Shown: in pieces, positions 1-9,196 of the stretch
Position numbering within the stretch: the first letter of the stretch is position 1
Layout: each line of letters begins with the position of its first letter
Assembly (NCBI GenBank): GCA_965207685.1
Contig: OZ242294.1
Span: 1,226,677 to 1,290,676 of the forward strand
Reading direction: 5' to 3'
From: Thermodesulfobacteriota bacterium
GTDB lineage: Bacteria > Desulfobacterota_D > UBA1144 > Nemesobacterales > Nemesobacteraceae
Length of the DNA: 64,000 nt
Notes under the pieces: generated by a model
The model's database searches: none
Seen by the model: only the letters and a program-made list of their open reading frames with translations
Told to the model about the DNA's origin: nothing
Position numbers and translations under genes: made by a program

Positions 1-867
1 TTCCCTTAGGGAATTGAGCACCTTATCAACGGTTATCATCTTCATGTACTCGCAGACCGCGTCGGCCTTGGCGGGGTAAAACTCCTTTTCAGGGCTTTGC
101 TTTCTGAGCGTATGGAGAATGCCGGTTTCAGTAGCAACCACGAACTCGGGGGTTTCGGAATTGCGCGTGTAGTCAATCATCTTTCCCGTAGAGAAGAACT
201 TTATCTCCTTTGCAAGCTCGTCATCCCCGGCGGCTGAATGAAGAAAAGACGTGGTGCAGCCGCATTCGGGGTGAACTATCATCTCCGCGTTGGGATAGGA
301 CTCCTTTATCCTTCTTATGTCCTTCGGCCGTATTCCCGCGTGCACGTGGCATTCCCCGGGCCAGATGTGAATCTTCCTGCCCGTAGCCTTGGAGACGAAA
401 GCGCCCAGGAACATGTCGGGCAGAAAAAGTATCTCCCTGTCCTTGGGGATGGATTCCACTATCTTGACGGCGTTTGAGGAGGTGACGCAGTAATCGGTCT
501 CTGACTTTACGGCGGCCGAGGTGTTAACGTAGGAAACCACGAGTGCGTCCGGGTGCTCGGACTTCCACTTCTTGAGCTGTTCCAAGTTTATCGTCTCGGC
601 AAGGGAGCAGCCCGCCTCGGGATCGGGAATAAGAACCTTCTTGTCGGGAGAGATTATGGATGCGGTTTCGGCCATGAAGTGGACTCCGCAGAAGATGATG
701 ATTTCCGCATCGGTTTCAGAAGCCTTCTGCGAGAGACCCAGAGAATCTCCCGTGTAGTCGGCAAGGTCCTGAATTTCGGGTATCTGGTAGTTATGGGCCA
801 GAATTACCGCGTTTTTCTCCCTTCTAAGCCTGTCTATTTCTTCTGAAATATCATGTAAACTGTCCAT
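1..867 (-). CDS. nadA: quinolinate synthase NadA (N-terminal ~289 aa; C-terminus lies beyond window start)
   Basis: Translated by hand on the minus strand from the ATG at 867: MDSLHDISEEIDRLRREKNAVILAHNYQIPEIQDLADYTGDSLGLS...HPECGCT... This is the typical NadA fold and Cys pattern. It is not in the ORF track because no stop falls inside the window. It sits directly downstream of nadB-nadC. Confidence 0.85.
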   Translation of the reverse strand, partial: MDSLHDISEEIDRLRREKNAVILAHNYQIPEIQDLADYTGDSLGLSQKASETDAEIIIFCGVHFMAETASIISPDKKVLIPDPEAGCSLAETINLEQLKKWKSEHPDALVVSYVNTSAAVKSETDYCVTSSNAVKIVESIPKDREILFLPDMFLGAFVSKATGRKIHIWPGECHVHAGIRPKDIRRIKESYPNAEMIVHPECGCTTSFLHSAAGDDELAKEIKFFSTGKMIDYTRNSETPEFVVATETGILHTLRKQSPEKEFYPAKADAVCEYMKMITVDKVLNSLRE

Positions 868-904
868 CTCAACAGCCGGGTATCCCCTATGAAGCCCGCA
901 ACTT

Positions 905-1768
905 TCAGTCTAACACATCAAAAGAAATATCTAAACACGGAGCCGAGTGTGTAAGAGCTCCGACAGATATGAAATCGACTCCGCTTCGGGCCATCTCTTT
1001 AATGTTCTCAAGGGTAATCCCGCCGGATACCTCGACAAGCGCACGGCGGTCTATGAGAATCACAGCCTCCCCGATTTCCGCAATGTCCATGTTGTCAAGC
1101 ATTATGACGTCAGCGCCGCAGGAAACCGCCTCCTTTACCTGCTCCATGGTCTTTGTCTCGACCTCTATAGGGAAATCCCCTCCGACGCCTTTCCTTGCCT
1201 TCGCGACGGCTGCCGCTATACCCCCCGCGGCCTTTATGTGATTGTCCTTTATGAGCACTCCGTCGTAAAGCCCGGCGCGGTGATTGTGCCCCCCGCCGGC
1301 GACCACCGCGTATTTGCTGATCCACCTGAGTCCCGGAAGGGTTTTTCTCGTATCCTTTATCTTCACTCCGGAACCAGCCACGGCCTCCACGAAAAAAGAA
1401 GTGAGAGTCGAGATGCCGCTCATTTTCTGAAGGATGTTAAGAGCGGTCCGTTCCGCCGAAAGAATCGCCCTGCTCCTGCCCGTAACGCGGGCTAGGGTGT
1501 CTCCGGGCGAAACCCTGTCTCCGTCATGGACAATCTCTTCCCATACGCAGTCCGGATCAAGCTTCCGGAAAACCGCACAAGAAAGTCCCATTCCCGAAAC
1601 CACACCGGTCCCCTTCGCACGCATTTCTCCGGTTAAAACGGCATCTTCGGGAACTATGCTCCCGGTCGTAACGTCTCCGCTTCCTATATCCTCCCTAAGG
1701 GCAAGTTCCAAAACGGCATCAACTTCCTGAGGATAATTTCCGTGCGTATTCATCAGTCGGCTCCGCAA
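905..1768 (-). CDS. nadC: nicotinate-nucleotide pyrophosphorylase (quinolinate phosphoribosyltransferase)
   Basis: 287 aa of full-length NadC/QPRTase-like sequence, in operon order nadB-nadC-nadA. Confidence 0.9.
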   Translation of the reverse strand: MRSRLMNTHGNYPQEVDAVLELALREDIGSGDVTTGSIVPEDAVLTGEMRAKGTGVVSGMGLSCAVFRKLDPDCVWEEIVHDGDRVSPGDTLARVTGRSRAILSAERTALNILQKMSGISTLTSFFVEAVAGSGVKIKDTRKTLPGLRWISKYAVVAGGGHNHRAGLYDGVLIKDNHIKAAGGIAAAVAKARKGVGGDFPIEVETKTMEQVKEAVSCGADVIMLDNMDIAEIGEAVILIDRRALVEVSGGITLENIKEMARSGVDFISVGALTHSAPCLDISFDVLD

Positions 1769-1773
1769 ACCTC

Positions 1774-3336
1774 CTATTCCTTCCTGAAAACCAGGTGTTT
1801 TTCATAATCCGAGTCCTCCTCCGGATAATCAGACCTCATGTGGGCTCCCCGCGACTCCTTTCTCGAAAGGGCTGCGCGCGCGACCAGAAGACACACATCA
1901 AGCATCGTCCCGAGCTTAAAGCCAAACCATCCGGGAACCCCTTGGCCGGCCGAGGAGACCTCCTCGAGCCGCGCGGCGAATTCCTTCATGTCCTCCCGTT
2001 CTCTCACTATCCCGAGATGCTTGCTCATTCCCCCGATTATCGTAGCCTTGGCCTCGTTGAAAAACCCGGCATCGGCTTCCCTGGTGTCGGCAAGCATAAA
2101 ACCTTCGAAATCCCCGCCGATGTCCCCTGTACGCCGCCTGCTAGACGCGCTGTCAACACACCTTTTGGCAAACACCATGCACTCGAGAAGGGAATTGCTC
2201 GCAAGGCGGTTGGCACCGTGGACGCCGGTATTCGAAACCTCTCCGCATGCGTAAAGACCCTCTATGTTAGTCTCTCCCATGAGACTGGTTCTTACTCCGC
2301 CTATTGTGTAATGGGCGGCGGGAGCAACGGGAATGCGGTCTCTGGCAAGATCAAAACCCGAATCCCTGCAGAGCCTGTCTATGTTAGAGAACCTTTTCCT
2401 TACGAATCCGGGGTCCATGTGGGAGAGATCGAGATACACGTAGTCTTCCCCGCAGGATCTCATCTCGCTGTGAATCGCCTTTGAGACCACGTCCCTCGGC
2501 GCGAGTTCAAGGAGGGGACTGTAGCGTTCCATGAACCTTGTCCCCCGGGCGTTAAGGAGATAGGCTCCCTCCCCCCTTATTGCCTCGGTCAAAAGAAAGG
2601 CTTCACCTTCTGAGCCGCTGAAAACAGTGGGGTGGAACTGAACGAACTCCATGTCGGAAATCTCGGCTCCCGCTCTCCAGGCGAGCGATATGCCTTCCCC
2701 GGAAGCCCCTTCCGGATTGGTGGTCCTCCTGTAAAGGGCGCTCGCGCCGCCGGTGGCGACTATGGTGCAGGGAGAAGAAATTCTCACGTAGCTTTCCTTC
2801 CCCTCGTCGTAACCCCAGACGCCGTAGCATCTTTCCCCGTCTGAGATTATGTCGGTAACCGTGACAAGCTCCAGAATGGTTACCGATTCACTTGAACTCA
2901 CGTAAGAGATGAGAAAATCGATCATCTCCTTTCCCGTCGAGTCGCCTCCCGCGTGAAGGACTCTTCTTTTGGAGTGGCCACCCTCGAGGCCGAGCAGAAG
3001 ACCGCTGTCGTCGGAATCGAATTTCATGCCGAGATTTATCAGGTCCGCGACCCTTTCCCTGCCCTCTTCAACCAGGATCTGCACCGCGCGGGCATCGCAA
3101 AGTCCTCTTCCCGCGGCAATCGTGTCCTCTTGGTGAAAAACGGGCGAGTCCTCGGGGTCGACGGCAGCTGCGATTCCCCCCTGAGCCCAGTATGAATTGC
3201 TTTGCACGAGGGTCTGCTTGGTCACCACCACGCACCGGCCAAGAGAAGACGCGCACACCGCGGCGTAGAGACCCGCAAGCCCCCCGCCCACAACAAGAAA
3301 ATCACACTCGACGTCAATAATTTCCGCGCTCATCAA
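1774..3336 (-). CDS. nadB: L-aspartate oxidase
   Basis: 520 aa. N-terminal FAD-binding GxGxxG (VVGGGLAGLYAA) and flavoprotein succinate-dehydrogenase/fumarate-reductase-like core typical of NadB. Confidence 0.9.
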   Translation of the reverse strand: MMSAEIIDVECDFLVVGGGLAGLYAAVCASSLGRCVVVTKQTLVQSNSYWAQGGIAAAVDPEDSPVFHQEDTIAAGRGLCDARAVQILVEEGRERVADLINLGMKFDSDDSGLLLGLEGGHSKRRVLHAGGDSTGKEMIDFLISYVSSSESVTILELVTVTDIISDGERCYGVWGYDEGKESYVRISSPCTIVATGGASALYRRTTNPEGASGEGISLAWRAGAEISDMEFVQFHPTVFSGSEGEAFLLTEAIRGEGAYLLNARGTRFMERYSPLLELAPRDVVSKAIHSEMRSCGEDYVYLDLSHMDPGFVRKRFSNIDRLCRDSGFDLARDRIPVAPAAHYTIGGVRTSLMGETNIEGLYACGEVSNTGVHGANRLASNSLLECMVFAKRCVDSASSRRRTGDIGGDFEGFMLADTREADAGFFNEAKATIIGGMSKHLGIVREREDMKEFAARLEEVSSAGQGVPGWFGFKLGTMLDVCLLVARAALSRKESRGAHMRSDYPEEDSDYEKHLVFRKE

Positions 3337-3354
3337 AACCGCCTGCCTTTTCCA

Positions 3355-5970
3355 CTAGCTCACCGCTGATATAAGAAAATCCTCTATCTTTCTGAGTCTC
3401 TTGGCACCGCTTATCTTGCGCCCTCTCGAGTCACGCACGTAAAACGTATCGGTAACCTGGTCCGCCCTGGTCGAAATCTTGGCGTAGTCGATAGAAAGAT
3501 CCATCTCCGCAATTGCTTTCGTGATGCCGTAGAGAAGCCCCTCCCGGTCATGGGCATAAACCTCTATCACGGTCGCCCTGTCTGAAGACTCGTTGTCAAA
3601 CACGATTTCCGGGGGATACTCGGGAACCTTTCTTCCATAGGAGGAATAATTTCTCTTCCTCCTCTCAACCAGCTCGTCAACCTCAGCATTTCCATCAAGT
3701 ACCTTCCCGAGGTTTTTGTCGACCTTTTTCCACACCTCGCCATACTCCTCTTCGGTCAGGTGATTGGTCCTCTCCACATAGAAGACGTCAAGTGCCTTCT
3801 TATCAAGCGTGGTTACGATTCTTGCCCCCAGAATATTGAGTCCGTTCGCGCTCAGAATCCCGCAGAACACCGAGAATATCCCTTTCTTGTCGGGAGCACA
3901 GACTGTAAACTCGTCGTATTCCTCGTAGCGGATTACCTCCGTCCCGAACTTCTCCTCAATGGAGCCCAGCAGCTTCACGTGGCGCAAAATGTTCTGTCTT
4001 GAGAACTGGCCGAAATAGGAAACCGGCATTTTCTTCAATATTTTTCTCACCTTGCGCTCGGGAATCTCTCCGTCGGCGTCGGCCACTATGTCCAAGATCA
4101 TCTTCTCCATCCACTCCTGGTCGGTTTTGCGCCGGTATGTGCCTGCGGACATTTGCCGAAGGGTCTTCACGTAGAGTTCCTGGAGCAGCATCCCCGTCCA
4201 GTCTTTCCACACGTCGGGACCGACCGATCTTATGTCCGCGAAAGTCAGCAGGTAGAGCAAAGAGAGTGTTTCCTGATCGGGAATGGACTTGGCCAGCCGC
4301 TTGAGAACAACCGGGTCGTCAAGATCCCTTCTCTGGGAGAAATGGACCATGGCCAGATGGTGCCTCACCAAGAATTCAAGCTGCTCAGCGTCGGAGTCCC
4401 CGAGACCCATCCTCTCGGCTATCTTCGGAATCATGGCGGCCCCTTTCTGCGCGTGGCTTCCCCCCTGGCCCTTCCCCATATCGTGGAAAAGGCAGGCGAG
4501 AAAAAGAACATGTCTTTTCACCAAGGTCTCGGCGACTTTGGTGAGAAAGGGAAATTTCTTCTCGTATTCGTAATTTATAAGCCTTTCGATCTCCCTTACC
4601 ATGAATATGGAGTGTATGTCGACTGTATAGACGTGGTAGGAATCAAACTGCACCATGCAGACTATTTTCCCGAATTCCGGAATGAAGCGGCCCAGAAGGC
4701 GCATCTCGTTCATCTTGAGCAGCATTTTCGAGACATCCTTTCCGAAACGCAGGAGCCTCAGGAACATCCTGTTGAACTCCGGGTCGTTTCGGACCTTTTC
4801 GTCTATGCGGGTTGCCTGTTCACCCATGAGAAGTTCAAGGTATTCTGTGAATTCGACCGAGTGACGGTCAGCGTATTCAAACGCGCGCAGGAAATTGCAG
4901 AAGTCCTCGCTGAAAACGTTTCTGCTCGTCACGGAGAGATACTTGCCCCGTATCGTAAACCCGTGGTCAAGATGAATGGCCTTCTTCGCGAGCCTTCTTC
5001 GCGCGTACGCCCTCGTGCATTTTTCCGTCAGCCTCCGGGACTGCTGTACCAGCACCGCGGCACGGAGATAGTAGATCCTCATGAACTTCTCCACCGCACG
5101 GAGCTTTCCGTCCCTGTAACCGAAAGATTTTGCTGCTTGGACCTGAAGATCGAAACTCAGGTTGTCCTCCCTTCTTTTCGCCTGGTAATGCAGCTGCGCA
5201 CGCACGAGCAGAAGGAAGTTAAGGCATTTGCGTATCACCCCGTATTCCCTCTCCGAGACGAACCCCCTCTGGAGCACCTCCTCGAAACTCTTGGCCTTGT
5301 AGCTTGCCTGCGCTATCCACATCGCCGTCTGGAACTCCCTGAGCCCTCCCCTTCCTTCCTTAACGTTAGGCTCGAGGATGTAGAGGGTTTTTCCGTATCT
5401 CTCTCCCCTTACATCCCTCTCGTCCATTTTTCTCCTTATGAAATCGTGTGAAATCTTTGGGAGCACCTCGCCGTAAATTTCGTTTTCAAGTTCACCGTAA
5501 AGAGCCCTGTCCCCGCATATGAACCTCGAGTCGAGAAGAGAACTCAGGATGGTAACGTCGTTTCTGTCCATCGAGAGCTCCCTGCACTCCTCAAGGCTTC
5601 TCGTGCAGTTCCCCACATCCATCTTCGTGTCCCAGAGAAGATAAAGCATCCGCTCCACCACTTCCTCGGCTAAGCCCTTCGAGCCCTTTTTGTGAAGAAA
5701 AAGAAGATCTATGTCGGAGTACGGGGAAAGCTCCTCCCTGCCGTAACCCCCGAGAGCCACTATGGAGACGCCTTTGAGTTCCGGGTAGCCGTACCGCGAA
5801 AGGGCCCGTTTGATGAACTCGTCCACGACCGCGGTTCTCTCCTGGGCAAGCTCGTAGCCTATGAGGGCCTTGTTTTTCCTCCTCCTCGCGTAATGGCGCC
5901 TGCGTATATGCTCGTAGGAGTCCGTAAAGAAAGTCAGAAGCTCATTCTCAGTGGTCTCAAGTTTTTTCAC
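3355..5970 (-). CDS. glnD: [protein-PII] uridylyltransferase / uridylyl-removing enzyme
   Basis: 871 aa. N-terminal nucleotidyltransferase (GGYGREELSPYSDIDLLF), central HD domain (HDMGKG), two C-terminal ACT-like domains. Confidence 0.85.
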   Translation of the reverse strand: MKKLETTENELLTFFTDSYEHIRRRHYARRRKNKALIGYELAQERTAVVDEFIKRALSRYGYPELKGVSIVALGGYGREELSPYSDIDLLFLHKKGSKGLAEEVVERMLYLLWDTKMDVGNCTRSLEECRELSMDRNDVTILSSLLDSRFICGDRALYGELENEIYGEVLPKISHDFIRRKMDERDVRGERYGKTLYILEPNVKEGRGGLREFQTAMWIAQASYKAKSFEEVLQRGFVSEREYGVIRKCLNFLLLVRAQLHYQAKRREDNLSFDLQVQAAKSFGYRDGKLRAVEKFMRIYYLRAAVLVQQSRRLTEKCTRAYARRRLAKKAIHLDHGFTIRGKYLSVTSRNVFSEDFCNFLRAFEYADRHSVEFTEYLELLMGEQATRIDEKVRNDPEFNRMFLRLLRFGKDVSKMLLKMNEMRLLGRFIPEFGKIVCMVQFDSYHVYTVDIHSIFMVREIERLINYEYEKKFPFLTKVAETLVKRHVLFLACLFHDMGKGQGGSHAQKGAAMIPKIAERMGLGDSDAEQLEFLVRHHLAMVHFSQRRDLDDPVVLKRLAKSIPDQETLSLLYLLTFADIRSVGPDVWKDWTGMLLQELYVKTLRQMSAGTYRRKTDQEWMEKMILDIVADADGEIPERKVRKILKKMPVSYFGQFSRQNILRHVKLLGSIEEKFGTEVIRYEEYDEFTVCAPDKKGIFSVFCGILSANGLNILGARIVTTLDKKALDVFYVERTNHLTEEEYGEVWKKVDKNLGKVLDGNAEVDELVERRKRNYSSYGRKVPEYPPEIVFDNESSDRATVIEVYAHDREGLLYGITKAIAEMDLSIDYAKISTRADQVTDTFYVRDSRGRKISGAKRLRKIEDFLISAVS

Positions 5971-5997
5971 TTTGGGATCCCAGGAAACAAATATCCG

Positions 5998-6639
5998 TTA
6001 AATCCTGACACTTAGCGCCACCCCGTCGCGAAGGGGAACCACCGTGGAGAAGAACTCCGGGTCCGAGAACAAAAGCCGGTTAAACTCCAAGACCCCTTCG
6101 GTGCTCTCAGAACCTCCGCCACCGAGAACCCTCCCTCCCCAAAGCACGTTATCGGTAATCAGCATCCCTCCGGGGTTAAGCTTCTCCCGCGCAAGCTCGA
6201 TAACCCGCGGGTAGTTCTCCTTGTCTATGTCATTGAATATAATATCAAATTTACCGTCCGAATTCGCAAGCACGTCGAGCGCATCTCCGCAGACAAAGCG
6301 GAGCTTGCGAATCTGCTCGGCCCGCGTGAAGTACCCGCGCGCCGCCTCCGCGTTTTCCTCAAGCCAGTCCGTGCAGGTTACCACGCCCCCGTCACCCAGA
6401 AAAAGGGAGAGCCAAAGGGCCGAGTACCCGAACCCGGAACCCATCTCGAAAATGCTTTGCGGCCTGCGCAGAAGGCATATCTGCGAAAGAAACCTCCCCA
6501 CAAGAGGCCCCACTATTTTCACGTCGCTCCCCTCCGCCCTCTTTTCCATTTCGCGAAAAACCTCGTGGACGCCGGGGTAGAGAGAGAGAATGTAATCCTC
6601 GATCTCGGGGTTCGTTATGGTTGCGCCTTCGTCCATCAC
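5998..6639 (-). CDS. class I SAM-dependent O-methyltransferase (caffeoyl-CoA OMT-like family 3)
   Basis: 213 aa. SAM-binding motif EMGSGFGYSALW and overall family-3 O-methyltransferase layout. Confidence 0.6.
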   Translation of the reverse strand: MMDEGATITNPEIEDYILSLYPGVHEVFREMEKRAEGSDVKIVGPLVGRFLSQICLLRRPQSIFEMGSGFGYSALWLSLFLGDGGVVTCTDWLEENAEAARGYFTRAEQIRKLRFVCGDALDVLANSDGKFDIIFNDIDKENYPRVIELAREKLNPGGMLITDNVLWGGRVLGGGGSESTEGVLEFNRLLFSDPEFFSTVVPLRDGVALSVRI

Positions 6640-7211
6640 TCGTTCTCGCCCCGACCGAAATCAACGAAGATCTCCCCTGTTCCCGCAGCCTTGTTCTCTA
6701 CTCTCGCAAGAACGAAAAGAAGATCCGAGAGGCGGTTAAGATAAATCAGAATCCTGCTTCCCTCCTCCGAGTCCTCGAAAAATGCCTCAACACCTCTCTC
6801 CGCCCTCCTGCACACCGTGCGGGCGAGATGAAGCCAGGCGGCGCCCTCCGCCCCTCCCGGCAAAACGAACTCCCTAAGCTCCCCGACCTCGGGCAAGAAC
6901 TCATCTATACGTTCCTCAAGCCGCTTCGCCATCCCCGCAGTCACTCTCGGCGGGGAAAAAGTCGAATCCCCCGGTGTCGCCAAGTCGCTTCCCACGGTGA
7001 AAAGCGCGTTCTGTATTTCCCGCAGAAGCTCCTTGACCCTGGGATCGACCGCTTTCGTGCAGGCAACCCCCAGAACCGAGTTAAGCTCGTCCACATCGCC
7101 GTACGCACTTACCCTCGATGACGATTTTCTCACCCTTTTTCCGCCCAGAAGCGAGGTTTTCCCGTCATCTCCAAGACCAGTGTAAACAGTAGTTATTCTC
7201 TTCTTAGGCAT
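6636..7211 (-). CDS. cob(I)yrinic acid a,c-diamide / cob(I)alamin adenosyltransferase (PduO-type, MMAB family)
   Basis: Probable start at the internal Met (MPKKRITTVYTGLGDDGKTSL...), which is the classic PduO-type N-terminus. The upstream extension of the ORF-track call is probably not translated. Confidence 0.75.
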   Translation of the reverse strand: MPKKRITTVYTGLGDDGKTSLLGGKRVRKSSSRVSAYGDVDELNSVLGVACTKAVDPRVKELLREIQNALFTVGSDLATPGDSTFSPPRVTAGMAKRLEERIDEFLPEVGELREFVLPGGAEGAAWLHLARTVCRRAERGVEAFFEDSEEGSRILIYLNRLSDLLFVLARVENKAAGTGEIFVDFGRGENE

Positions 7212-7339
7212 TTGAAAAAATTTTAACCGCCATCCTGCGAGCTTCAATTGCGGTTTGAATCTCCGCCCCTTGGTGCACATCCCAAGCACCTTGCCCGCCG
7301 CCGTAAATCATGTTAGTTTTTAATTTCCGGCTTTAAGTA

Positions 7340-7831
7340 GTGAGGAGGTTCGGAGTGCCTTTCCCCCCCAGGCTCATAGATAAGATACAAGAAATAGCGG
7401 ATGACCACGAAACCAGGCTTTCGGCGCTTATTCCCGTCCTGCGGGAAGTGCAGAACGAGTTCGGCTGGCTTTCCACCGAATCCATGGAAGAAGTCGCCGA
7501 GACGCTTGATATTCCCGCCTCTTCGGTTCAGAACGTTGCTTCATTTTACACCATGTTTTTCACAGAACCCGTGGGAACTCACGTTATGTGGCTCTGCAGG
7601 ACCCTCTCCTGCGCGCTTCGCGGAGCCGAGGGCCTGGAGCATCACCTCTGCAAGCGCCTAGGGGTAAAAACCGGTGAAACGACGGCCGACGGAAAAATAA
7701 CCTTTCTCGAAGCGGAATGTCTTGCTTCCTGCGGTACTGCCCCCGCCATGCTGGTAGACGATACTCTTTACGAGAACCTTACCGAATCGGAAGTTGACAG
7801 AATAGTTGATGAAATCAGGAAAAGGGGATGA
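7340..7831 (+). CDS. nuoE: NADH-quinone oxidoreductase subunit E-like [2Fe-2S] thioredoxin-fold protein (stand-alone)
   Basis: 163 aa with the NuoE/24-kDa-subunit Cys pattern (C..C...C...C in LCRTLSC ... CLASCGTAP). No other nuo genes are adjacent. Confidence 0.7.
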   Translation: MRRFGVPFPPRLIDKIQEIADDHETRLSALIPVLREVQNEFGWLSTESMEEVAETLDIPASSVQNVASFYTMFFTEPVGTHVMWLCRTLSCALRGAEGLEHHLCKRLGVKTGETTADGKITFLEAECLASCGTAPAMLVDDTLYENLTESEVDRIVDEIRKRG

Positions 7832-9156
7832 GCGAGAAACTAAAAAAGGACGCGAGAGAGCTTTTTGATCAGGCATTGAAGGAAGCCGACCCGGGGAAAT
7901 GCGTCCTTGAGCATATTAAACTCAAGGGCAAACAACTCAAGGTCGGAGGGCAGAGCTTTGATCTCTCCGATTTCGAGTCGGTATACGTAGTGGCCTTCGG
8001 AAAGGCCGCCTCCTCGATGGCCGGAGCGCTTGAGGAACTTCTCGGCGAGCGGATAACCGAGGGAATCGTGGTATCAAACGTCCGTTCCAAGCAGGCTTTT
8101 CAGAAAATGGACTTCTATCTCTCCTCTCACCCCGTACCGGATGAAAAAAGCGTCGAGGCAGCAAAAGAAGTAGTCTCACTTCTCGAAAGATCAGGAGAGA
8201 AGGATCTCGTGATCTTCCTTATATCGGGAGGCGGAAGCTCGATATTGGCGATGCCGAGTGAGGGACTCACCATAGAGGACAAGAGAGCCGTGACCCAGAG
8301 ACTGATGCTGAGAGGAGTCGACACCTACGGCCTTAACACCGTGAGGAAGAAAGTGTCGCAGATAAAAGGAGGAGGACTTCTTAAAAAAGCTCTGCCCTCG
8401 CGGGTCATCACGCTGATTCTCTCGGATGTCGTGGGCGACCGGCTTGAATTCATAGCTTCGGGACCCACGGTTCCCGACACTACGACCTACGAGGACGCGT
8501 GGCGGGTCATAGAGGCGCTTGAGCTTGAGCACAAAATTCCCCCGAGGGTGGTGGTGCATCTTGAGAGAGGAAGGGAAAATAACACTCCTCCCACGATGGA
8601 CCGCGAGCAGTACGAACGGAGCGGAGCCACCACGGTTGTTGTCGGAAACAATCACAAGGCGATAGTCTCGATGGAGAAGATGGCGAAGAAAATGGGGTAC
8701 AACACCCTTTTTCTCTCTTCCCAGATATCAGGAGAGGCGAGGGAGGTGGCCAAGGTGCTCGCGGGAATCTCCTTTGACATAAAAAGGTTCGGGAGGCCTG
8801 TTAAGAAACCCGCCTGCATACTTTTCGGGGGAGAGACGACAGTGAACGTAACGGGGCGGGGACGCGGCGGGCGCAACACCGAGACCGCCCTTTCCTTCTG
8901 CTTTGAGATAATAGGAAGCAGCGGAATCGTGGGGCTTTTCGCCGGAACCGACGGAATAGACGGTCCCACGGACGCCGCCGGGGCGATATGCGACGGGCAA
9001 TCGCGCCTGATAGCCAGATCAATGGGCATAAGCGCGAGAGACCATCTTGCCGACAACGATTCGTACTCTTTTTTTGAAACTCTGGGCGATCTCATAAAAA
9101 CCGGAAGCACGGGAACGAACGTCATGGACGTGGGAGTGGTTCTGATAGGAGAATGA
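7828..9156 (+). CDS. glycerate kinase (MOFRL family, glycerate 2-kinase / hydroxypyruvate reductase-like)
   Basis: 442 aa with the DUF4147 N-terminus plus MOFRL C-terminus layout (ILSDVVGD, GGETTV motifs). Confidence 0.75.
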   Translation: MSEKLKKDARELFDQALKEADPGKCVLEHIKLKGKQLKVGGQSFDLSDFESVYVVAFGKAASSMAGALEELLGERITEGIVVSNVRSKQAFQKMDFYLSSHPVPDEKSVEAAKEVVSLLERSGEKDLVIFLISGGGSSILAMPSEGLTIEDKRAVTQRLMLRGVDTYGLNTVRKKVSQIKGGGLLKKALPSRVITLILSDVVGDRLEFIASGPTVPDTTTYEDAWRVIEALELEHKIPPRVVVHLERGRENNTPPTMDREQYERSGATTVVVGNNHKAIVSMEKMAKKMGYNTLFLSSQISGEAREVAKVLAGISFDIKRFGRPVKKPACILFGGETTVNVTGRGRGGRNTETALSFCFEIIGSSGIVGLFAGTDGIDGPTDAAGAICDGQSRLIARSMGISARDHLADNDSYSFFETLGDLIKTGSTGTNVMDVGVVLIGE

Positions 9157-9196
9157 AAACCCATCGGACAGGTGGAACAGGAGAAAACCTCGAACG

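Noticed and set aside
4153-5451. 432-aa ORF on the + strand entirely inside glnD. Similar long antisense ORFs occur at 12665-13342 in the nitrilase gene, 26902-27990 in the carboxyltransferase gene, 47268-48017 in purH and 62390-63289 in traC.
   Set aside because: These are typical stop-poor antisense frames of GC-rich coding DNA. Their translations are low-complexity and Arg/Pro/Gly-rich with no recognisable motifs. The opposite-strand genes are strongly supported.
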